A stretch of 64,000 bases of DNA from a virus: positions 12,497 through 76,496 of IMG/VR virus record IMGVR_UViG_3300013132_002633; one strand, given 5' to 3'. The position numbers and the translations under genes are program-made. This document shows positions 57,041 to 64,000 of this stretch, piece by piece; the stretch's first letter is position 1; every line of letters starts with the position of its first letter. The notes under the pieces are model-generated. The model was not told the origin of the DNA. It made no database searches and saw only the letters and a list, made by a program, of their open reading frames with translations.

Positions 57041-57386
57041 TCAGTTGGATGATACAAAAAAACAATTACAGTTTACAAGAGGAACTTATTCTGTAGAACA
57101 TAATAAGTTAAATAGATGGGTTTGGACTTCACAGGAATTTGGGGGAGTGATTAAAAACGTTGAATATGTTACATTGAGTGTTGATACTGAAATTGAAAAC
57201 GTTTTATATTATGATGATAATAAAATGGAGTTAAAGCCTGATTGTTATAATATTGTTAAGATAAAAACCTCTGGAAAGTCGGAATTTGATATAAAATTGG
57301 AAAAACCATTTATTGTATCAGGCGATAACAGAATTTTGGGAATTAAAATATTGTCAATAACAATAGACAATGATATCATTTTTTAA
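57024..57386 (+). CDS. Hypothetical beta-rich protein
   Basis: Y.VE....RWVWTS ... DNRILGI, a pattern seen in GT-associated beta domains. Confidence 0.55.
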   Translation: MKINFNQLDDTKKQLQFTRGTYSVEHNKLNRWVWTSQEFGGVIKNVEYVTLSVDTEIENVLYYDDNKMELKPDCYNIVKIKTSGKSEFDIKLEKPFIVSGDNRILGIKILSITIDNDIIF

Positions 57387-57387
57387 T

Positions 57388-58566
57388 ATGAAAAAATTAA
57401 ATTGGAAGTTAAATGATTCGAATTTCACGTTTTTAGACAAATTAAAAATAAGTAAATTTATTTTAACCGATGATTTTTGGACGATGGGTAAATACGTCCA
57501 AAAATTTGAAAAAACCATGTCAGATTACGTAGGAGTTAAATATGCAGTATTTGTATCTAGTGGTTCAACTGCTAATACAATACTATCTTATTTCTTAAAA
57601 GATAAGTTTGCAAATTCGGATAAATCGATTATGGTATTTCCATCTACAACATGGACAACTTCAATATCGCCATTCATACGAGACGGTTTTAATCCGAAAT
57701 TCATAGATGTTAATTTGTCCGATTTGTGTATGGACTTAGATAAGTTGGAAGATTATCTGAAAAAAAATAGTAAAAATGTAGCGTGTGTATTTTTTACAAG
57801 TTTATTGGGATATGTTCCAAATATTGACAGATTGAAAAATATAAGTAAGAAGTACGACGTTAAAATAATGATGGATAATTGTGAAAATACATTGGGAGAA
57901 TATTTAGATAAAAACATTTCTTCATATTTTACATCTACTACTAGCACTTATTTTGGACATCAACTACAAAGTGTTGAAGGTGGATTTATATTTACCAATG
58001 ATGAGGAAGAATATGAATATTTTCTAATGTATAGAAATCATGGAATGACTCGCAGTGTTATTAATAATAAAAAATATTTAAATATTCAAGTTGATAGTAA
58101 ATTTGATTTCTTTTTGTTAGGAAATAATTTTAGAAATTCTAACATACATGCTTACATTGGTTTATTAGATTTTAAACGTATAGATAAATACAAGAAAAAA
58201 CGAATTGAATTATATGAACTGTTTAAAAATAGTTTGAGTTTTAAAAGTGAAATGCTAACATTCCCATCGGACTCTACCAAACTTAGAAAAAATGTTCCAT
58301 TTTCAATACCGTTAATTTTTAAAAATGTGAATCAAAAAAATAAGATCCAGAATATATGTGACAATTTAAATATTGAAAATCGACCAATTATTTCTGGAAA
58401 CATTTTGAGGCAAACGTGTTATAGTAAATATGATGATTATAAACAATTTTTAAATAGTGAATATTTACATACGAATGGATTTTATATAGGTCTACATCAT
58501 AAAATTAAAGAAAAAGACATTATATATCTTACAAATGAAATAAATTCTCAATTTCAGTATGAATAA
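57388..58566 (+). CDS. colD: DegT-family PLP enzyme, ColD-like (GDP-4-keto-6-deoxymannose 3-dehydratase)
   Basis: SSGSTAN, DNCE; YFGHQLQSVEGG has His where DegT aminotransferases have the Schiff-base Lys; RNHG, RPIISGN. Confidence 0.65.
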   Translation: MKKLNWKLNDSNFTFLDKLKISKFILTDDFWTMGKYVQKFEKTMSDYVGVKYAVFVSSGSTANTILSYFLKDKFANSDKSIMVFPSTTWTTSISPFIRDGFNPKFIDVNLSDLCMDLDKLEDYLKKNSKNVACVFFTSLLGYVPNIDRLKNISKKYDVKIMMDNCENTLGEYLDKNISSYFTSTTSTYFGHQLQSVEGGFIFTNDEEEYEYFLMYRNHGMTRSVINNKKYLNIQVDSKFDFFLLGNNFRNSNIHAYIGLLDFKRIDKYKKKRIELYELFKNSLSFKSEMLTFPSDSTKLRKNVPFSIPLIFKNVNQKNKIQNICDNLNIENRPIISGNILRQTCYSKYDDYKQFLNSEYLHTNGFYIGLHHKIKEKDIIYLTNEINSQFQYE

Positions 58567-59485
58567 AAACGATAAAATATACATATCTGGTCATGGTGGG
58601 TTGGTTGGTCAGTCGTTATATAAACTCTTAGTTTCAAGAGGATATACAAATATATTAGTTGAAAAATCAAGCGATTTAGATCTTAGAGATCAACTATCCG
58701 TTAATAATTGGTTTGAAAAAAACAAACCGGATTTTGTATTTTTATGCGCTGCTAAAGTCGGTGGTATATTATATAATAAAACATACCCAGCAGACTTCAT
58801 TTATGAAAACTTAATGATTCAAAGTAATGTAATACATGCTAGTTATATAAACTGTGTTAAAAAACTATTATTTTTGGGTAGTTCATGCATTTATCCAAAA
58901 GAAAATCCATTGCCTATTAACGAAGATAGGTTATTGACAGGTATATTAGAACCTACAAATGAAGCATATGCTTTAGCTAAAATAGCTGGACTAAAGATGG
59001 CTCAATATTATAGAGATCAATATGGATGCAATTTCATATCAGCGATGCCTTGTAATTTATATGGACCCAACGATTGTTTTGATATAAATAAATGTCATGT
59101 AATTCCAGCATTGATTACTAAATTCCATAATGCTAAGATCAATAACTTAACTGATATCACTATGTGGGGAACTGGTGCGGCAAAACGAGAGTTTCTTTAT
59201 GTAGATGACTTAGCGGATGCTTTATACTTTTTGATGCAAAATTATAATGAAAGAGATCATATCAATGTTGGATCTGGATATGAAGTTGGCATGAAAGAGT
59301 TATTTAATATGATATCTGAGTTAGTTGGTTATACTGGCCAGTTGGTATTTGATACATCTAAACCAGATGGCACTATATCTAAAATAATTGATAATAGTAA
59401 AATTAGAAGTTTAGGTTGGTCGCCAAAAGTTAAACTGCGTGATGGATTGTTAAACACATATAATTGGTATTTGAACAACGTATGA
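58559..59485 (+). CDS. fcl: GDP-L-fucose synthase family reductase (Fcl/ColC)
   Basis: GHGGLVG, AAKVGGI, LGSSCIYP, YALAK, PCNLYGP, WGTG..KREFL. Confidence 0.92.
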   Translation: MNKNDKIYISGHGGLVGQSLYKLLVSRGYTNILVEKSSDLDLRDQLSVNNWFEKNKPDFVFLCAAKVGGILYNKTYPADFIYENLMIQSNVIHASYINCVKKLLFLGSSCIYPKENPLPINEDRLLTGILEPTNEAYALAKIAGLKMAQYYRDQYGCNFISAMPCNLYGPNDCFDINKCHVIPALITKFHNAKINNLTDITMWGTGAAKREFLYVDDLADALYFLMQNYNERDHINVGSGYEVGMKELFNMISELVGYTGQLVFDTSKPDGTISKIIDNSKIRSLGWSPKVKLRDGLLNTYNWYLNNV

Positions 59486-60810
59486 ATGAATCTATAATGA
59501 TCGGTGATAATCTGGGGGAACTTTTTTTTCAAAAAAACGACAATAATTATTACTCTATTATAAGAAAAAATAATAGAAATAAAATAGTTAACATTATAGA
59601 TCACGTTCAGTATTTTGATGAAAATAATGATTGTAAATTGATACAAATAGACGATTTAATTTTAAACAGAATAAAAGAGAGAATAAAAAATAAAGAAAAT
59701 TATTCATCCATTTTTGTATTTTTTAATACACCGTTTGACGACGTTAATTATACAAAACAAGAAAAATCAAATCAAGAACATCAATTTACATCGACCGGAA
59801 TAAAGTTTTGGAGACATCAAGAACAGATGTTAAATTATAAAAATAATAGTCCAAATACAATTATATCTACTCATATATCTCCGGAAGGAGCTTGTAATTT
59901 AAAATGTCCATATTGTTCTGTTACGTATAGAAAAAATACAAATCGTATAGAATTGAATGTAATTAAAGATTATGTTATTAAATTAAAATCTAGAGGATTA
60001 AAAGCTGTAATACTTACCGGCGGAGGTGAACCAACTCTTTACAAACATTTTAACGAGTTAATTAGATGGTTAAAAAATGAAAATTTATCAGTCTCGTTGA
60101 TAACAAATGGTACCAATTCAAATCTCGTTGATAAAGATGTTTGGCAACTGTTTTCTTGGGTTCGTGTCAGTGTTAATTTGTTTGAAGGATGGGAGAATAA
60201 AATTTATGTACCTTACGAATTATTATCAAAAGATTGTATTCTGGGAATGTCACACGTTTTTACAGTGGAACACGAAAAAATAGAACATTGTTCGGTTTTG
60301 GAATATTTTAATAAAATATCTAAATTGGCAGATAAATTATCGGCAAAATATATAAGAGTAATTCCGAATTGCCTTTTAGAACAAGAAACTTTAGTAAAAG
60401 TTCATAAAGGGTTGGATGATACATTTTTAAAATTAAAAGACAACCGTTATTTTCATCAATATAAGTTTCATGAAGCTCCAAAAACAAATATATGTCATCA
60501 ATCGTATTTTAGACCGTATTTAAGTGAAGAACCTTTTCATAAAACTGGTAAATCTGGTACTGTATATCCATGTGATAGTGTTGTATTAAATAGCTCAGTT
60601 ACACATTTTGCTCAAAAATATCAATTGTGTGCAGCTGAGGACGTACTAGACTATGTAGATAAAAAGATACAACATAACTTTATTGCATGTGAGGATTGCA
60701 AGGGATGTGTATTTACAAATAATGTTAATATGATTGATGACTTCATTAATAATAAGATTGATTTATTTAAAAAATATTCTAAACCACTTAACCACGAAGA
60801 GTTTGTATAA
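59482..60810 (+). CDS. Radical SAM protein with C-terminal Cys cluster (SPASM/twitch-like)
   Basis: CNLKCPYC, LTGGGEPT, ITNG, VYPCD, CKGC. Confidence 0.85.
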   Translation: MNESIMIGDNLGELFFQKNDNNYYSIIRKNNRNKIVNIIDHVQYFDENNDCKLIQIDDLILNRIKERIKNKENYSSIFVFFNTPFDDVNYTKQEKSNQEHQFTSTGIKFWRHQEQMLNYKNNSPNTIISTHISPEGACNLKCPYCSVTYRKNTNRIELNVIKDYVIKLKSRGLKAVILTGGGEPTLYKHFNELIRWLKNENLSVSLITNGTNSNLVDKDVWQLFSWVRVSVNLFEGWENKIYVPYELLSKDCILGMSHVFTVEHEKIEHCSVLEYFNKISKLADKLSAKYIRVIPNCLLEQETLVKVHKGLDDTFLKLKDNRYFHQYKFHEAPKTNICHQSYFRPYLSEEPFHKTGKSGTVYPCDSVVLNSSVTHFAQKYQLCAAEDVLDYVDKKIQHNFIACEDCKGCVFTNNVNMIDDFINNKIDLFKKYSKPLNHEEFV

Positions 60811-61433
60811 TGATATTTAATAAAGATTATTACGAGAATGGAATTAATACAGGTGTTAGTTTATATACTAACTATCAATGGTTACCCGATTTAACATTAC
60901 CAATGGCTTTTAGAATTATAGAGACGTTACAAATCGACGAATCACATCATGTTTTAGATTTTGGATGTGCTAAAGGATACATGGTAAAAGCGTTTCGATT
61001 GTTATATAGGAACGCATATGGCGTAGACATAAGTGATTATGCGATTAATAACTCTGATAAAGATGTAGGAAAATTTTTATTGAAAATAAACGATTCTAGT
61101 GATATATCAAATTTTAATAAAACGTTTGATTTTACTATTGCAAAAGATGTGTTTGAACATATACCGTATGATAAAATTAACAAAGTATTAATTGATATTA
61201 GAAAATATACTAAGTGTTTGTTTGTTATAGTACCACTGGGTGACGGAAAGAAATATTATATAGATTCTTATGAATTAGATAGGACGCATGTTATACGAGA
61301 AGACAGAGATTGGTGGACTAATAAATTTAAAGAATCTGGTTATAATGACATTATGTTTTATAGTAAAATTAAAGGTATAAAAGAAAATTATAATCACGTA
61401 GAAAATGGCAATGGATTTTTTATATTAAAATGA
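60810..61433 (+). CDS. Class I SAM methyltransferase
   Basis: VLDFGCAKG, GVDISDYAI, DVFEHI. Confidence 0.85.
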   Translation: MIFNKDYYENGINTGVSLYTNYQWLPDLTLPMAFRIIETLQIDESHHVLDFGCAKGYMVKAFRLLYRNAYGVDISDYAINNSDKDVGKFLLKINDSSDISNFNKTFDFTIAKDVFEHIPYDKINKVLIDIRKYTKCLFVIVPLGDGKKYYIDSYELDRTHVIREDRDWWTNKFKESGYNDIMFYSKIKGIKENYNHVENGNGFFILK

Positions 61434-61900
61434 ATGTTATATTTGATAAATTGTTTAAACAATTAACTGATGGTTATTTTGTTGATATCGATCCAGATGG
61501 AAATTGGCATAATACCAATTATCTAAACATAGAAAGAAGATGGCATGGTATCTGCATATGTGACGTTTCTAACATTAATAAAAATAATAATGCTTTTATA
61601 TATAGCTCATATGATTTGAAAAATTGTTTAATTCAATCTAATCATAGTGGTATAATACATTATTTATCAATTAATAAATTAGAAAATTTAGATTATATCA
61701 AATTGTTTATTAATACTGAATATGTCAACAATCACATGTCGTGGAGAAGACATATATTATACTCATCGGTCAATTTAAAGAATATATATTTGAAAGACGA
61801 ACTTATAGAATTATATAAAAATAATATGAATTTAGAGTTAGTAGATTTTACTGATTGTAATTTAATATTTGTTAATAAATTATTCACTTGTTTAGTATGA
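61430..61900 (+). CDS. Degenerate FkbM-like methyltransferase fragment or hypothetical protein
   Basis: GYFVDI...NT.YL...RRWHGI, IHYLSI. Confidence 0.4.
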   Translation: MNVIFDKLFKQLTDGYFVDIDPDGNWHNTNYLNIERRWHGICICDVSNINKNNNAFIYSSYDLKNCLIQSNHSGIIHYLSINKLENLDYIKLFINTEYVNNHMSWRRHILYSSVNLKNIYLKDELIELYKNNMNLELVDFTDCNLIFVNKLFTCLV

Positions 61901-62919
61901 AAAAACATTTACGTATATTATATGGAGCGGACGATAGGTTAGATTTAGTAAGAGAAACTATAAATGTTTGTATTGGTTACTTTGACACAATACGGATAAG
62001 TAATTCGGGACCAAAAATTTTATCTGAAAAATTAAGACAATTAATACCATCTTCAGTTATAGTAGAAGATTTGAATCATTTTCTAGGAGATTTAGATTCT
62101 GCTAGACGATCTTTATATCACGATGTACCGAATAATGAATGGTTCATGTGGTTAGATTCCGACGAAAGGCCATCACAAATATTATTGGATAATTTAGATA
62201 ATTTAATATTTCAAGCTGAACTTGAGAATTCTACATTTATAAGTTTTTATAATTTTCATCATCAATATACCGATGATTGTAAAAATGAAAATTTAAATGA
62301 ATTTGGAGGGTTTCCGTGGAAGTGGATGCATACATACTTTACCTACAAAGATTGGTTTCCCAAAAATAAAAATGAAGCCTTAGAAAGAAGCATTCCACAT
62401 TGGCCTAGAATGTGTAAAAAAACACAATACACTGAAGTACATAACAATTTTGGAGGCCATGGCGGAATTTTTTCTAATTTAGATTATCAAAATTATATAT
62501 TATCTCCATATCCAATGAATCATTATAAGCATGAAATAATGATATATCAATCTCATGTAACCAGCACGTATTTTAATGTAGGCATAAATTTATCATCTAA
62601 TAAATTTAATGTTGTGGATTTTATATTAAAATCTCCACAATATGATTTGATAAGAAATTTTCAAAAAGAAACTGGAATATATTTAAATAATGATTTATGT
62701 ATAATGCTTCACTTAGAAAAAAATAAAAATTTTATTAACAAAATGATTGAAGTATCAAATCACCCGTTATTATCGGATGATAGTTATCATAAAGATTTGT
62801 ATAGTTGGACATATTATTCGTCCTGGAAAATTTGGGCTAATAAATTCAATTTAAATTGGGAAACTCCAAAGTTTTATTGTGGATATAATTGTTGTAAATA
62901 TAAAAATATACAGTTATGA
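61897..62919 (+). CDS. Putative GT2-like glycosyltransferase
   Basis: AR.....WFMWLDSDE. Confidence 0.55.
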   Translation: MKKHLRILYGADDRLDLVRETINVCIGYFDTIRISNSGPKILSEKLRQLIPSSVIVEDLNHFLGDLDSARRSLYHDVPNNEWFMWLDSDERPSQILLDNLDNLIFQAELENSTFISFYNFHHQYTDDCKNENLNEFGGFPWKWMHTYFTYKDWFPKNKNEALERSIPHWPRMCKKTQYTEVHNNFGGHGGIFSNLDYQNYILSPYPMNHYKHEIMIYQSHVTSTYFNVGINLSSNKFNVVDFILKSPQYDLIRNFQKETGIYLNNDLCIMLHLEKNKNFINKMIEVSNHPLLSDDSYHKDLYSWTYYSSWKIWANKFNLNWETPKFYCGYNCCKYKNIQL

Positions 62920-64000
62920 AAATATTATTTAGTTTTGAATCAGGAAGAATGCCACTTAGGTCGAGTACACTGATTAATTGGTTAATTTTTAGAGGACACG
63001 AAGTACATGTTTTATACGAATTAGCAGTTTCACATGAAGAAATGGAAGCTAAAAATTCTTTAAGTAAAGCTACTATAATAGTTGATATAAATGACATAAA
63101 TGAAATAAACACATATGATATATGGTTTGCCGACATATTAAATTATAAAAATTATCACTTGAAAAGCGAATATAATTCTATTTTTAGACGATTTAAAAAT
63201 ACACTGTGTATTATTTCTTTTGACGATGGATCCGATTTTTTCAATCATAGACTTGATGATGATTTATACGGTCGAGTTAATTGTTGGGTAAATAATTTGA
63301 TTGAAAAAGACAAAGAAAAATATCACCCAATTATACGAGATAAATGTATGTTGATGCCGACATATATTGAAGCTAGTAACGAAAATTACTGTGAATTTGT
63401 TGATATTTTAAAACAAAAAATAAAACCATTTGATGAAAAAATTAATTTTTTCTATTTTTCTGGAGCTATAACAGGATGTATGCCTGCAATAGATTGTAGA
63501 TTTAATTCGATATTACATTTAATAAGAAGTGGGGTTGATTATAATGTAAGAGTTACTGGTACCGATCCCGCACCTTTTTTAAAATATTTTTATGATTGTT
63601 TTTTAGACAACGACTTAAAAAAACCACATGTCGATAGAGTTTCATTTTTACATGAAATTAATAATCACAAATTTATACTTTCTCCTAAAGGAAACTGTCA
63701 ACCACTTCGCCGGCAGTACGAAGCTTTTGCATTTAATAATCTAGTATTTATCAACGAAAATAACACGGTTGATTATTTATTTGAAGGAATACCAAATACT
63801 CATTTTGTACAGTATAAATTAGATTGTTCAGATTTGAAGGAAAAACTCAGATATTATAATAACAATTTATCTGAAGCTAAAAAAATTGCGGATGCTGGAA
63901 CTAAGTTTTGGGAAGAAAATTGTAGAATATATCAAACTGGAGATTTATCTAAACCGACGACTCAGTATCTAGTTGAAAATTTTTATAAACATACAAATAT
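62916..64000 (+). CDS. GT90/CAP10-like glycosyltransferase, runs off the window (not in the ORF track)
   Basis: ATG 62916 open to the end: FYFSG, HKFILSPKGN, THFVQYKLDCSDLKEKLRYY...AKKIADAG. Confidence 0.7.
   Translation, partial: MKILFSFESGRMPLRSSTLINWLIFRGHEVHVLYELAVSHEEMEAKNSLSKATIIVDINDINEINTYDIWFADILNYKNYHLKSEYNSIFRRFKNTLCIISFDDGSDFFNHRLDDDLYGRVNCWVNNLIEKDKEKYHPIIRDKCMLMPTYIEASNENYCEFVDILKQKIKPFDEKINFFYFSGAITGCMPAIDCRFNSILHLIRSGVDYNVRVTGTDPAPFLKYFYDCFLDNDLKKPHVDRVSFLHEINNHKFILSPKGNCQPLRRQYEAFAFNNLVFINENNTVDYLFEGIPNTHFVQYKLDCSDLKEKLRYYNNNLSEAKKIADAGTKFWEENCRIYQTGDLSKPTTQYLVENFYKHTN

Noticed and set aside
1-64000. tRNA, rRNA or riboswitch genes
   Set aside because: Intergenic gaps are short and AT-rich and I recognised no cloverleaf or conserved RNA motif by eye; tRNAscan-SE and Infernal would be needed to exclude them.

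Overview
AT-rich segment of a large tailed dsDNA phage with a T4-like replication toolkit. The host cannot be determined: promoters are sigma70-type and Shine-Dalgarno sites are scarce. Gene order: end of a baseplate/tail module (1-3820); PolA-like gene, ssDNA-binding protein, RecA/UvsX, 5'-3' exonuclease, DnaB/gp41 helicase and class II ribonucleotide reductase (3856-19808); PAS protein, MoxR-type AAA ATPase plus vWA partner, DUF4338-like protein, UvsE, clamp-loader small subunit and dNMP kinase (19880-29313); a ~19 kb mostly minus-strand glycosylation/methylation island with dUTPase (29964-48928); PolB, sliding clamp and clamp loader (51144-55955); a second glycan cluster with a ColD-like/Fcl-like pair (55952-64000). 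Main result: RecA and DnaB are each fractured into three separately translated pieces. Each gene is rejoined, by inference, by two split inteins (four pairs in 9 kb). Three pairs are atypically split just after block A, two of them with N-inteins of only 13 and 15 aa, and free-standing Vsr-like homing endonucleases occupy three of the four breaks. Between the two genes, the 5'-3' exonuclease has an in-frame TTG-TAG-TTA inside its catalytic DG-x-N motif, which a Leu-to-Leu ribosomal stop-hop would repair exactly. All family calls come from motif recognition by eye; no database searches were run.
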